A DNA stretch of 64,000 bases. Source: Octopus vulgaris. Its lineage: Eukaryota. Positions 39,710 to 53,394 of the stretch are shown piece by piece (position 1 is the stretch's first letter; each line of letters starts with the position of its first letter). The translations under genes were made by a program, and so were the position numbers. Location: positions 46,500,001-46,564,000 of the forward strand of contig OX597822.1 in NCBI GenBank assembly GCA_951406725.2. Reading direction: 5' to 3'. Below the pieces are notes generated by a model, which ran no database searches, was not told the origin of the DNA, and worked only from the letters and a program-made list of their open reading frames with translations.

Positions 39710-42498
39710 TTGCCATCGCCACCTCCAATACTGCAAATATTACCATGATTTTGCCTTTCATCCTTTTGGGGTCGATAAATTGAGTACCAATTGCATACTG
39801 GAGTCAATCTAATCAACTGGCCCCTTTCCTCAAATTTCGGGTCTTGTACCTAGTGTAGAAAAGAATAATTGTCACTGTCATACAAGCAGGGTCATTCATT
39901 TCAAATGTTCTGCAAGGCGGCGAGCTGGTAGAAACATTAGCATGCTGAGAGAAATGCTTAGCGGTATTTCGTCTGCCGCTATGTTCTGAGTTTAAATTCT
40001 GCTGAGGTCGATTTTGCCTTTCATCCTTTTGGGGTTGATAAATTAAGTACCAGTTATGCACTGGAGTTGATGTAATCGACTTAACCCCTTTGTCTGTCCT
40101 TGTTTGACCCCTCTATGTTTAGCTTCTTGTGGACAATAAAGAAATAAGGAAATATTGCCTTGTTTAGAAGCAGGTAAGGGCTGGTGACAGGAAGGTCATC
40201 CAGCTGTAGAAAATCTGTCAATAAACTCCTTCTGGTCCACGTAAGCGTGGAAACATGGACATTAAAATAATGATAAAATAATGGTTTCAAATCTTGCCAA
40301 AAGGGCAGCCATTTTGGGGTAGGGGATGAGTCAGTTATATTAAGCCCAGTGTTTCACTGGTGGCCCATTGATGGATACCTTTGATTATGAAATAGAAAAG
40401 GTGGGGCAAATATTTATCAAGTGGGGGGTGGTGGATGAATCTTTTATCATTTACTTGTTTTAGTTATTGGACTGTGGCGATACTGGGGCACCACCTCAAA
40501 GGGTTTTAGTTGAAGAAAACCTCATCTTTTATCTTTGATTCTGTCCAAATCGTTGGACTGTGGCCATACTGGGGCACTGATTTGAAAGATTTTAGGGGAA
40601 CAAATCAACACCATCCCTTATCTTTTATTTGTTGCAGTCACTGGCCATGCAGGGACACTGTCTTCAAGAGTTTTAGTCAAAGAAATTGACCAGTACTTTG
40701 TGTTTTTCTTTCTATTAATTCTGGTACTTATTCTATTAGTCTATTTTGCTGAACTGCTTAGTTACAGGGACATAAACAAACCAAGATAAATATTTTATCT
40801 CTCAATTTCTAGAATTGAGAGATAAGGCCAGCAATATAAGGGCAGGTGTTAGACAATTAAATCAACTCCAATACTTGAGTGGCACTTTATTTTTTTGTCC
40901 TGGAAGGATAACAGGAAAAGCTGACCTTGGCAGGATTTGAACTCAGAATATAGAGATGAAACAAAAACCACAAAGCTTGTTCACTGACATAAATAATTCT
41001 ACCAAGTCACTGTCTTATCTTTTGCTACATAATGATTTCTAATTCAGGAGCTGGAGATTAAGTCAGTTAATTTGACTCCAGTACATGACTTGCATTTTGT
41101 TTTACTGACCCCAGCAGGATGAAAGACAAAATTGCCCTCACCAGGATTTGAACTTAGAATGTAAAAACCCAAAACAAATATCACAAAGCATTGATTGATG
41201 CTCTAATGATTTGGTCCATTAACTATTGTTATGTTTAGTTTACTAAGGACAAGAACAAAAATAGGAGGAGACTTTCAAACTGGACCCCGACCCCTGCCCA
41301 TAGTGATATACCTTGATATGCTTAAATATAATGACATTAGGAAAGGCATCAAGCTGTAGAACACAGCTGGATGCTCTTCCATGCCAAAAGCAAACATTGG
41401 AGCATGCTGCAATCTACTGGTGTACTGGCTCCTGTCGAACCTATTTCTTTATTACCCACAAGGGGCTAAACATAGAGTGGACAAACAAGGATAGACATAG
41501 GTATTAAGTCGATTACATCGACCCCAGTGCATAACTGGTACTTAATTTATCGACCCCGAAAGGATGAAAGGCAAAGTCGACCTCGGCGGAATTTGAACTC
41601 AGAACGTAAAGACAGATGAAATACTGCTGAGCATTTCGCCCACGTGCTAACGTTTCTACCAGCTACCTGTCTTGGGTCGAACCATCCAACTCATGCCAGC
41701 ATGAAAAACAGATGTTAAATGGTGATGATGATGGTCTTTTAAGAGTCAGTTGTTAAGCTGTGGTTTTGTAGTATTAAACACAAAACACAAGACATTAACA
41801 TTCAATAGAGACCAATCTTTCATAGGCAACATACCCAAGAGATCTTGTACCTATTTCAAGAGACAGCAAAATGTAAACTGAGGTAATAAGGGTTCAAAGG
41901 GTTTTGCCTAGACAAAACACAACAGCACTGGAGTTGAAAATGCAACAATGATTTCATCTCATTATATGTATAAAGACATCACTCACACAGAAATGTTTTA
42001 CTTGTATGAGCCCCAAGTAGAGGAAGTTTGGAGGGAATGGACAAAGTTTATTAATTTCACAAGAGTGAGGACCTAAGACAAGACTGAAAAACTGGGTTTT
42101 GGGTCACATGATTGTGTTAACAACAACACGAACAACATAGATGGTTTCCAGCATAGGTAAAAGACCACAAATTTCTGGGAGGATGGAATGGTTAATTGAA
42201 TCAATCACAGTATATATAACTGATAGTATTTTATCAACTCCAGAATTTGAATTAATTATTTTGGCACAAGGCCAGCAATTTTGAGGGATTGGGAAATCAA
42301 TTACTTCAGCCCCTGAAAAGATGAAAGGCAAAGTCAACCTTTGCCAAAAGGGCAACTATTTTAGGGTAGGGGATGAGTCGATTATATTAAGCCCAGTGTT
42401 TCACTGGTGGCCCATTGATGGATTATGAAATAGTAAAGATGAAAGAAATGCCAATAAATATTTTATTCAGTGTTCTAATGATTCGGCCAGCTCACCAC

Positions 42499-42543
<45 letters not shown>

Positions 42544-43200
42544 GTTTCAAATTTTGCCACAAAGACAGCAATTTTGGGTGAGGGGATGAGTCGATTCCGT
42601 TGACCCCAGTGCTCAACTGGTACTTATTTTATCGACCCAGAAAGGATGAAAAGCAAAGTCAACCTTGGTGGAATTTGAACTCAGACCTAACAGCAGACAA
42701 AATACTGCTAAGCATTTCATCCAGTATGCTAATGATTCTGCCAGCTCACCATCTTAATAATAATAATAATAATAATAATAATCTTTTCTACTATAGGCAC
42801 AAGGTCTGAAATTTTGGGGAAGGGATTAGTCGATCACATCAATCCTAGTAACAGACTGGTACTTGTTTTATTGACCCTGAAATGATGAAGGGCAAAACTG
42901 ACCTCGGTGGAATTTGAACTCAGAACATAGTGGCAAATGAAATACCGCTAAGCATTTTGTCCGGCATGCTAACGATTCCACTAGCTCACTACCTTAATAA
43001 TAATAATAATAATTATTATTTTTAATTTTTGCCACAAGGGTAGCTTGGGGGAGGTGAGGATGTGTTGATTACATTGACCCCAGTGTTCATTTTATTGACC
43101 CCGAAAGAATGAAAGGCAAAGTTAACCTCAGCAGAATTTGAACTCAGAATGTAGCAACGGGCAAAATACAGCTAAGCATTTCGTCCAGCGTGCTCGCTGC
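39200..43200. mobile_element. Dense cluster of about 10 SINE family B copies separated by (AAT)n
   Basis: Repeated gaaaggatgaaaggcaaagtcgacctcggcggaatttgaactcagaac blocks, mostly minus strand, each next to aataataat tracts. Confidence 0.8.
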
Positions 43201-44157
43201 CTTAACAACGACGACGGCGGTGGCACCGCTGATAACAACAACAACAGCAACAATAATTTACCCTTAAAAAATTCTGCTACATTCCTCCCGCACATCTATA
43301 ACAATTATGAAATTGCTGCATCTCATCATGACATGAAATAATATGTTAATTGCGTCGTTGGCTATAATTATGTTTAATTTAATGTAAACGGATCGTTAGA
43401 AATTCCATGCTTCATTAACACATGGTGCACAGCTCGGAATGATCAAATATTATTTTTTTTTTAGCACATGCACGAAGATACACACTTTTAGATTTTAAAT
43501 ATTTCTTCCTTATTTACATAATTATTTTAAAAATCAAATGCAATCGCACATTTACACAAACACATATTCACACAAACACACACACATACACAGATATATA
43601 TGCATATATGTATGTATGAGTAATTATATTCAAATATTTATATAGAGGGAACGAGAAATTAATGTTTGTTTTTATGTCATAATAAAAACAAGTTAACACA
43701 TGCAATACTTTTTATAGAGCATATATTTATTACACTTTTACAAAAACAGGAGTGACCAGTTAATGCCATTTCTTGTAAAAGTATAATAAATATACACACA
43801 CAAACACATACACACAGATATATAATAGACATATGTTAAATACACAAACATAAAAAAAAAAAATACACATACACAATACATACACATATAGACATGTGTA
43901 TATGTATGTATATTTAAAGTTATTAAATCAAAACAACTTTAAGAATAACAACAGAAAATTTACCAATAGAGAAACTTGTTACTAAAAGTAGAGTCAAGTT
44001 TATAGAAGCCATTTTGACTAGGATTCCGAGCTTTGTCCGATACCCAGCTTGAAGGTTTATTCAACCAGATTGGTTCAATGAGCCATCGAGCAGAATGTGA
44101 AACGTCCCAATCCAAACAACAAAAATAATAGATACAGATACATATAAAGAGAGAGAA

Positions 44158-44199
<42 letters not shown>

Positions 44200-44658
44200 G
44201 TATACACAGACATATGTGAAAGGCTGTATGGAAAAACCAAGTAAAACAGTAGTAAAATATATAAAGGAAACAAGTTTTTCTACACCACCCATAAAAATGA
44301 AGTAATAAAGTCTTATACAAATACATGTGTGTATGTGTATACACACATACATGCACATATGTATACACACATATATGTGCATGTTTGCGTTTGTATATAT
44401 ACGCACACACACACTTATATGTGTATAACATCATCTTTTATACACATACATAAATACATATATATTTAAAAATGTATGTATGTATGAATATATATATATA
44501 TTTAAAAATGTATGTGTGTATATATAAATAGGTGCTATAGAAAAAAGGACTAACAATAAAAGGTGCATTTGGTTCCCTTCTAAGTTTCTTACAGTGTTTT
44601 CTATCCAACAGGATAGTTCCTGATTGGTTCTAGCACCAAGATGACCTAAAAAAAACAG

Positions 44659-44802
44659 CTACAGTTGCGTTGGCCCTGTTGTTGCCAGAAGCTTCTGTAG
44701 CTTCTGAAGGATTCTGGGTTCCTTATAGACTATGACGCCATTGGAATTACACCACTGGTCAATTCCTGATGTGGGCACTTCTGTTGAAATGTTGTATCGT
44801 AT
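44659..44802 (-). CDS. INPP1: Inositol polyphosphate 1-phosphatase, last coding exon (IRYNISTEVPTSGIDQWCNSNGVIVYKEPRILQKLQKLLATTGPTQL*)
   Basis: Acceptor ttcttcttgcag, phase 0 matches the upstream donor; GIDQWCNSNGVIVY corresponds to the INPP1 C-terminal G.D.W.N.GG.IAY motif; not in the ORF track. Confidence 0.9.
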   Translation of the reverse strand: MRYNISTEVPTSGIDQWCNSNGVIVYKEPRILQKLQKLLATTGPTQL

Positions 44803-45449
44803 CTGCAAGAAGAAGAAATAACGGTTACACATGATGCATGGATAGTGGAGGCTGGGAGAAGGTAGTCATTGGTGGAGTGACTTTTCAGGCCCTCCTGAGT
44901 CAGCTGGATATAGTTGAGGGATCTACAGCCTAATGGCTGCAGGTAAAACATAGATGGGAGTGTAAACTGAAGGTGAAAATGAAAAAAATATCCAAACATA
45001 ATGAACTCTACTTAAGGTACTTATGAACCAGACAGGGGTCCAGCTATGAGGAGGGGGGGGTCATCCAAAGTGCTTGTGCAGATGTCTCTCCTCTACATTT
45101 CCATTCAATCCCCTAGCAAATGATTTGTACTCTACCTTTCATTCAAAATATTCTTCCCTGTCCAATGAGTCATGCATATATAACTTCTGTAGATTTGCTG
45201 CATTGAAGACCTGGTGTCTCAATGGAATCCACTTATCATATTCTTTCAACTCTTTTGGGGTTAAAAACCCAGTAGTGTCTGTGTGGTAAGTAGCTTGCTT
45301 ACCAACCACATGTTTCTGAGTTCAGTCTCATTGCGTGGCACCTTGGGCAAGTGTCTTCTACTATAGCCTTGGGCTGACCAAAGCCTTGTGAGTGGATTTG
45401 GTAGACGGAAACTGAAAGAAGCCCGTCGTATATATATATATATATATAA

Positions 45450-46845
45450 CGGGAAGCTTTATGAAAATAGACAAAAGACGAAGGCAGGTGGAAAACAAAC
45501 ACACAATTGTATTAGTATGGCGCTCAGGAAATATAAATAAAACAAGTCTTTAACGTTTCGAGCCTACGCTCTTCAACAGAAAGATACACAGAGAAAAAAA
45601 ACACAGAAAGAAGGAGAGAAAAAAATGCGTGCAGTAACTAACGAATCAACATGGCGATCTGATTTCGGCCAGAAGTCAAAGATCAAACATGAGACGTGAG
45701 AGCGAAATTAGGGGAGATAATAGGGTTGAATGACCTACTCCAACATAAGGGTGTGTGTATGTGTGTGTGTGTATGAGAGAGTATTAGTGCGTATGAGAGG
45801 TCTGGACGTGTGTATGTATAGGGTTGGTGTATGTATTAGTTGGTGTATGTATTAGTATGGCACATCATATATGATGTGATGTGTAAAGTCCTGTGATGTA
45901 GTGTGGAGAGAGGAGAAGAGGGGGAAGGGGAGGGGGAGAAGAGGTGGAGTAGAGGAGGGGTGGGGAGGAGGGGGAGAAGGAATGGGGGAGGATGGGAGGA
46001 GGAAGGAGGAAAGAGGGAGGGGGAGGAGGAAGGAAGGGGGAGGGGGAGAGAGAAGGGGAGTGAGGGAGCAGAGGGAAGGGGAAGAGGGAAGGAGGGAGGG
46101 AGAAAGAGGGAAGAAGGGAAGGGGAGTAGGGGTGAAAGGATGAAGGACTGAAGAGAAGTAGGGGTCGGGGGGAAAAGTAGGTGAGGAGGGGGGAGAGGGG
46201 GGTTAGATGAGGAGGGGGAGAGTTGAGACCAAATGGCGTATAAGAGCGAAGAGAGAAGATTAATTCCTGTTCACGGCGCAAACGGGAATCTGGATGGCCT
46301 CTGTGTAAGGACAAACCGAACACAGACAGGTGTTGCAAGGAGTGACCAGTGGAGCGGAAATGGCGTGAGACCGGTGTGTCGTTCGCAAGGTGGATGTCAC
46401 GAAGGTGTTCCGCGAACCGGTCAGCCAAGCGGCGTCCCGTTTGTCCGATGTACAAGGAATGGCAGAGAGAGCAAGAGACGCAATAGATAATATTGCTGGA
46501 GGTGCAGGTGAAGGAGTTGATGATGCGATAGGGTCGATGATGGGTGCTAGTGAGGAGGGTGGTGTTGGAGAGGTAAGGGCAAGTGCGGCAACGTGGGCGG
46601 GAGCAGGGGAACGAGCCGGGTTGGGAGGTAGGGTCAGGGAAGGAGCTATGGACCAAAAGGTCTCGAAGGTTGTGGGCTCGTTTGAAAGAGGGGAGGGGTC
46701 GGTTAGGGAAGAGGTGTGAAGTGGACGGGTCGGACTGGAGATGACGGAAAGCTCGAAGAATGGTGCGTTGGAGAGGTAGGGTCGTGGGGTGGTAAGTGAG
46801 GGGAAAAGGGAGGCGGGAGACTACAGGGCGGGTTCGGGGAGAGAT
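45450..46845 (-). mobile_element. Penelope-like element 3' fragment with GIY-YIG endonuclease, nested in the (TA)n of a SINE A copy
   Basis: PCSRPRCRTC..FTCTSSNIIYCVSC..C..LYIGQTGRRLADRFAEH..PVSRHF..H..RE..LI..L...P.GLN; SINE head at 45276-45449 and tail at 47085-47295. Confidence 0.9.
45547..45584 (-). ncRNA. Minimal type I hammerhead ribozyme-like motif (Penelope), core variant
   Basis: TCTTT-CTGTTGA-A-GAGC gtag GCTC-GAAAC-GTT-AAAGA: stem I 5 bp, stem II 4 bp, palindromic AACGTT stem III; core CUGUUGA instead of CUGANGA. Confidence 0.6.
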
Positions 46846-46966
46846 ATATATATATATATAGAAAATTCAGGGTGAGTACTTGATAATTGTAAGCACCTGT
46901 ATATCCCGTTTGGTGGTGTAGGTGGTGGAGTAAATTAATCAAAATAAAAACATGATGCCAAGGATT

Positions 46967-47047
46967 CAGCGGTACGTATGTTTCGGGCCTTTATTAGACG
47001 GATTTATAACAATGCATAATGTGTGTCTATGGCCTTCTTCAGCTACT
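46967..47047 (-). ncRNA. Second hammerhead ribozyme-like motif with long stem II
   Basis: AGTAG-CTGAAGA-AGGCC..TAGAC..GTCTA..GGCCC-GAAAC-atac-GTA-CCGCT; core intact, stem I has one mismatch. Confidence 0.55.
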
Positions 47048-47307
47048 ACCTCAAGGACATGTATTACATCAAAAATTCTACGTTCATATATATATATGGG
47101 TGTGTGTGTGTGTTTGTCCCCTCAACATCGCTTGACAACCGATGCTGGTGTGTTTACTTAGTTGTTCGGCAAAAGAGACTGATTGAATAAGTACTAGGCT
47201 AACAAAGAATAAGTCCTGGGGATCGATTTGTTCAACTAAAGGGGTGCTCCAGCATGGCCATAGTCAAATGACTGAAACAAGTAAAAAAATAAAAGAATAA
47301 CTTTTAC

Positions 47308-47662
47308 CTGTTGAAGGTCAGGATCTCGATTCAAATCTGTCACACAATCCTTGTAGCTTGCAATTCCACCACCCATTGCCATGAGAATGGCATGGAGACC
47401 ACAGGTATCCCAGTGGTAAGTACTGCCTTTAGACACAAGGTAAGCATCAACTTTGTCGTCCAATACACACAAGGCCTTATATCCAGCACCAGCAGCATAA
47501 CACAAACTAAACGTTTCTTTAAGCTTTTCCTGAATACGCTGGTCTTCACTTGAACTAGTGACAATAACATTGTTCCCTGATTCTTTAGAATCTTCCTTAT
47601 CACTAAAGAAATGGACTTTGGTGTCTCCGTAGCATATTCCCCAGATGTAACGGCTTTTCCAC
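47308..47662 (-). CDS. INPP1: Inositol polyphosphate 1-phosphatase, internal exon
   Basis: AAGAGYKALCV and YHWDTCGLHAILMAMGGGI (IMPase-family WD..A..AIL..GG motif); acceptor ttacttag, donor gtaaaa. Confidence 0.92.
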
Positions 47663-48452
47663 CTAAGTAAAATAGAAATATAAAAAAGTACATTAACAAA
47701 AACCAATTTAAAACAGAAAAGAGCACCAGGACCATCCGTGGGACTTGAACCAGATATTCAAGGTTTGCCAAGCGAGCACATTATACGCTATATAACAAAG
47801 TTATTCCTTTCTCTCAAATACCAACTTGAGATAGAAAAGAGCAATATATCTATAGTGCTTTCAATGAAGCTACTGTCAAGGCGGCAAGCTGGCAGAACCA
47901 TTAGCACACCGGACGAAATGCGTAGCCGTATTTCGTCTGCCGTTACATTCTGAGTTCAAATTCCGCCGAGGTCGACTTAACCTTTCATCCTTCCGGGGTC
48001 GATAAATTAAGTACCAGTTACGCACTGGGGTCGATATAATCGACTTGATCCGTTTGTCTGTCCTTGTTTGTCCCCTCTATGTTTAGCTCCTTGTGGGTAG
48101 TAAAGAAATAGAAGCTACTGTCAATTACTGCCAAATCCATTCACCAGGCTTTGGTCAACCAGGGGCTATAGAAAACACTTGCGCAAGGTGTTGTGTAGAG
48201 CGACTGAACTCAAGACCACAGTGTCTACAAGCAAACTATTTAACCACACAGCCATTTCTGTGCTTGTTTTATTGTAAAATGATTACTAATGTTATTAGTA
48301 ACTTAAAATATAGACTGGTGGACTGACAGAATCAATGAAATGACAGTAAAAACGCCTTGTATACCATTAGGTTCTAAGTTCAAACACCACCAAGGTCAAC
48401 TTTGTCTTCCATCCTTCGTGGGGTCGATAAATTAAGTACCAGCTGAGTACTG

Positions 48453-48763
48453 TTGTTGTTGTTTGTTCCTTTTTCAGCCATGCCTGGCTCATAAGGGCCT
48501 GTTTCATGGTTTTATTGGCATATAGGTTCCCCACCTGGACAGGACGCCAGTCCGTCGCAGGTGAGCTGCTAGATGAAGGAGGAAAGAGTGAAAGAAAGCT
48601 GCAGTGAAAGAGTAAGAAGAAGTTTGTCAGGACCTGCTGCCACAGCTGCCTGGAGCTTAGGTGTTTTACTCATAAACACACACATCGCCCAGTCTGAGAT
48701 TTGAACCCATGATCCCTTGATCACAAATCTGCTGCTCTAACCACTAGGCCATGTGCCTCCACT
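48453..48763 (-). mobile_element. tRNA-derived SINE family C with (CAA)n tail, nested in a SINE B copy
   Basis: Head gtggaggcacatggcctagtggttag..ggttcaaatc; 12-bp TSD agctgagtactg at 48441-48452 and 48764-48775. Confidence 0.85.
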
Positions 48764-50338
48764 AGCTGAGTACTGGGATTGATCTAATCACCTTCAGCTG
48801 TCTAAATCAAAACTTTGTGCTTACTTTAGAAATCATAATACAATAATAAAAGTCCTTTGATTGTTTCATCACAAATTATTATAATTTAACAACTGTTACA
48901 TCATTATATTGTTCTATTTTGAGATGGTCATTTTTTTACTTCTTGTTAAATAGGAGCACTCCGTTAGTTACGACGACAAGGGTCACAGCTGATACGATCA
49001 ACAAACAGCTTGCTCGTGAAATTAATGCACAAGTGGCTGAGCACTCCACAGACACGTGTACCCTGAATGTAGTTCTCAGGGAGATTCAGCGTGACACAAA
49101 GTGTGACAAGGCCGGTCCTTTGAAATATAGTTACTACTCATTTTTGCTAGCTGAGTGGACTGGAGCAATGTGAAATCAAGTGTCTTGCTCAAGGACGCAA
49201 TGTGTCACCGGGAATTGAACTCATGACCTTACACTCATGAGCTGAATGCCCTAACCATTAAGCCATACAACTTCACATAAATTCATTCTTCACTTGTTTA
49301 TTATTGTTCTTAATTTATCTTATGTCCATTGTCTAAAAATCTTTCGTTATATATCTGTGACCTCTTCAGCGACTCTTCCATCCCATGTTTCCTCTTGTTT
49401 TGTTTAGTCCATTCTGTCTTTCTATGGTGTGCAGAGACGAGTGAAGAACGAACATATAAGGCATGTGTTTATTTGGCAAGAAAAATGAAAATGACCATCC
49501 AAAAGGTAAAAATATTTGTTCCAAAACATGATTTCATATCAGGACTCTAGCAAAACAAATTCATAAATGTGTTGTATTAACATCCGTTTTCCATGCTGGC
49601 ATGGGTTCGATGGCTTGACTGAAGACTGGCAAGCCAGAAGGCTGCACCAGGCTCCAATCTGATTTGGCAAGGTTTCTACAGCTGGATGCCCTTCCTAACA
49701 CCAACCACTCCGAGAGTGTAGTGAGTGCCTTTTACATGCCACCGGCACATGGGCCAGTCAAGCGGCACTGGCATCGACCATGCTTGAATGGTGTTTTTTA
49801 TGTGCCACCAGCATGGGAGCCAGCCAGGATAGTGAGTAAGCAAAGAAAAAAATATCAAACATGTATATTCTATGCATTTTCTTCCTTATTCTTTCATTTA
49901 AAATTCAAACTTCTAATCCCACCGAATACTATCTAGACATGATTATTTCCCTTACAGTAACTGACCACCAGGGGACGCCACTGATTTGATTAATGTCATC
50001 ATTCTGTAGTTGTTCTGATTTGATTATCACTGACCAAAGGGGGAAAACTGGCAGGGTTTTTAGGGTACAATGGTATTTGTTTTGGTTCTCTGTGATCAGA
50101 GTTCAAATACTGTCAAAGTGATTATTGTCTTTCAACCCTCTGGGAACAACAGAGTCCCATTCAAATATTTGGGTGATGGTGGTGGTAGTGGCGGTGGGTT
50201 TCACCTACTTGCCCCCTCCCTACCTCCCTCTCAAAATCAGCTAAGCAATGGAGTCCAAAAAGGAACATTTGATATCATGGCCTCACCAATCCTTTCACTA
50301 CCACTATGTGAATCTGACAAGAAAGAACAATCACCTAC

Positions 50339-50507
50339 CCATCGTCTTCCTGGTGATGGAATGGTTGGTAAGCAACACCAATAATTGGCAGACCGGTTTG
50401 TACATCATAGACTCCAATCAACACAGAGACACATTGCAGTCCTTCAGAAATAACGTTATGTTCATCTGCTTTACTTTCAGCTGCTTGGATATATTGGGCA
50501 GTGGAAT
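50339..50507 (-). CDS. INPP1: Inositol polyphosphate 1-phosphatase, internal exon ((D)STAQYIQ..GLQCVSVLIGVYDVQTGLPIIGVAYQPF)
   Basis: Second half of the DPIDST metal-binding motif and GLQCV..LIGVYD..TG.P..GV..QPF; acceptor ttttttccatag, donor gtaggt; phase 2 fits the next exon; upstream exons not found in the window. Confidence 0.92.
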
Positions 50508-51964
50508 CTATGGAAAAAAGAAGATTACAGATTTAAAGAAGCATCACAAATGGTTTAAGATTTCCTCTTTAGACCTCTTATACCTTTACATCACATCAAA
50601 TTGTGTTGAACAAATGGATATCATCATTGACATCATCATTATGTTAATCAGCATCATTGTTGTCATTATCATCATCGTCATCATCATTATCATCATTGTC
50701 ATCATCATCATCATTTAACATACATGTTTTGCACTGGCATGGGTTGGACAGTTCAACAGGACCTGACAAGCCAGAGAACTGCATCCAGCTCTCATGTCAG
50801 CTTTGGCATTATATTTAAAGCTGGATGCCCTTCCTAATGCCAACAACTTTACAGAGTGTACTGGGTGCTTTTTATGTGGCACCCGCATCGGCGAGGTCAC
50901 CAAGTAACTTGTAAGGCAGGACCCCTCAATTGGGAGGTAGTAGTATTGAAGAGGGAGGGGCAGCTTTTTGCCAGGTGATGGAAAGCTGAAGTATGACAAA
51001 GGAACAGAAACAGTTGTTTTGCAGTGGAAGAGGTGGGTAACCTCAGCTATAAAAGGAGAGAAGATAGTGGTGAAGAGGTGTTAGGGTGTAATCCTTGAGT
51101 TACAGGAAGGTGAACATAAGTGATGTGATCCAGAGGAGTGGAAGAGTGAATAGATAAGTTTGCGAAAATGGCCAATGGTACTAATTTCAGGCACACTCAA
51201 CAATTAAAATCGTTAGGGTTCATGATTCAAACTAGCTAGAAATAGAAGCGAAATCTCTCTCATCTCACCCTAACCTTCATATAAAGGGAAGGTGACATGA
51301 GAATTCAGAATAATATAGGACCGGATAAAGTAACCTTTAAACCGAGAATTGAAATGATCTTGGCACGAATGACTTTGATCATAGGTCTGCTCAATCAAGG
51401 CTTTGACTTGGAGCCAAAGCAACACCAACAAATGTTGAAATAAGTTGTTTAACCCTAGGTAATCTTCACTACAGCTGACCTCCATCAGCAACTTTCAGTT
51501 GTTGATGGTGTTTAGTTCTAGCCCAGTTGAGATCTAAAAAAGCAATTTATTTTGAACCAAGACAGCTCTGATTCAGCAGATAAAAGATGGCTTCCAGTCA
51601 TGATCATCCACCCTGCATTAAACATTTTCCAGACCCTATTCTTCTGAGAGTTATGACCTTTTGGAATTCCCTCCCTTGCTATTCTTTTGTTGTTGTTGTT
51701 TTCTTTGTGCAGCAAATTTACAGAAAGTTTTGTATAAACAACTGCACAGAACTCTTTGCAAAGTCTTTAAGTTGGAGAATTTGCTACAGCAAATACTCTG
51801 TCCTTCTTCAAATAATTAATTATACACCCATACATACACACACACATACAGGTGTGACTTTAGCATATAGTCTACCTGACCATTTACAATTTAGTGTGCA
51901 GTCTAACCTTTACCCTGATACTAAGTCTAATCCTAAACCCTAACCAAACCCTAATCTTAACCCA

Positions 51965-53330
51965 GATTTACACCTGCAATGCTGCGACGTCACCTTCAAA
52001 ATAAGCGCAACTATGCCTCCCCTGGTCTCGATGGAGTTACATACCTGCTTCTCAAACGTGGCAGGCACTTCCTTTTACACCAGCTTTCTATTTTCTTCCA
52101 GTACTGTCTCAACAATGGTGCTACTCCGGAGCAGTGGAAAACTGCCAGTGTCATTCCTCTGTTCAAAAAGGGTGACCGCACATCACCTGTCAACTATCGC
52201 CCAGTCAGTCTCACTAGCTGTATTGCAAAACTGATGGAATCGTGTGTCAGAGAAACACTCTGGAACTTCTGGAGCTCTCACAGTCTCATCCGACCCTCAC
52301 AATATGGATTTGTCCCTAACTCCAGCTGCAGTGACCAGCTTGTCGAGTTCCTTGAGGACATTACTCAGATCACTGACAGTGGCTCATGGGTGGATGTTGT
52401 CTACCTTGACTTTGCTAAGGCTTTCAACTCTGTGCCACACAAAAGGCTTATGGTGAAACTCTCTGCAATGGGTGTGGGGATGACCTTTTTAACTGGTTGA
52501 AATCCTTCATCCTCAGCCGAAAGGAGGTAGTCACAGTTCTAGGACAGCACTCTACACCATATGAGATGTCATCGGGTGTACCACAGGGATCTGTCCTTGG
52601 TCCCCTCCTGTTTGTGGCATACATTAATGACATAGATGCCAATTTAAAGAATGCCACAGTATTGAAATATGCAGACGACATCAAGCTGTACCTTGAAATC
52701 AAGAGGACTGATCCTGATGTCTACAACTCTTTCCTGCAATCAGACCTAGACACAATGCAGCAATGGATCACAGACTGGCAACTGAAACTGGCTGTGGACA
52801 AGTGTACCACCATGCATTTTGGGAGAAAAAACCCTGCGTCCACATACTCCCTCCACAACACTGATATCAAGAAATCCTCTTGCGAGCGTGACCTAGGCAT
52901 CACTGTCAGCAGTGATTTGCGTTGGACAAAGCATATCTCTAAAATTGTCAAGAAGGCCGAGGGTGTCTTGGCATCACTCAGCAAGACTTTTGTTAGCCGC
53001 TCTCCAGCCATCTATTTAAAACTGTATACAGCTATGGTACAACCACACTTGGAATTCGCATCATCAGTTTGGAATCCCTATCTTGCTCAGAACATTGACC
53101 TCCTGGAATCTGTCCAGAGACGTGCAACCAAACATTTTTTCACGCTCAGGGTTGCTGAAGCGTGGAATAAACTGCCTGCATCAGTTGTTGACTGCCATGA
53201 CACTGCATCCTTTAAGGCCCTCATGCTTCCCGAAATCCGTCGAAACTACACCTGATTATATATACACTTTAGATGAGTTGTAGTGCACCTGAGCACTGTA
53301 CACAATTATTATTATTATTATTATTATTAT
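51965..53330 (+). mobile_element. CR1-clade LINE RT fragment, frameshifted, with internal deletion and (ATT)n tail
   Basis: PGLDG, NYRPVSLTS, QYGF, YLDFAKAFNSVPH, SGVPQGSVLGP, KYADD; frame change near 52490; sequence jumps from RRATK to HFFTLRV. Confidence 0.9.
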
Positions 53331-53394
53331 CAGGTCATTTCACAAAATAGACTACAGATACTGCAATAGACTCCATGCCAAAGTAGCACCTATG

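Noticed and set aside
39555-39816. Poly-Asn/Ile/Leu and other YI/CV-repeat ORFs across the window
   Set aside because: Translations of (AAT)n, (TA)n, (TG)n and (CAT)n microsatellites
44730-44999. 89-aa minus-strand ORF as the INPP1 last exon
   Set aside because: Wrong frame; the homologous exon is 44659-44802 in another frame
45900-46220. Pro/Ser-rich and Gly/Glu/Arg-rich ORFs
   Set aside because: Low-complexity purine tract in the Penelope 3' region
51925-51963. Telomere-like ccctaa repeats at the CR1 5' junction
   Set aside because: Only a few degenerate units; too weak to call an interstitial telomere
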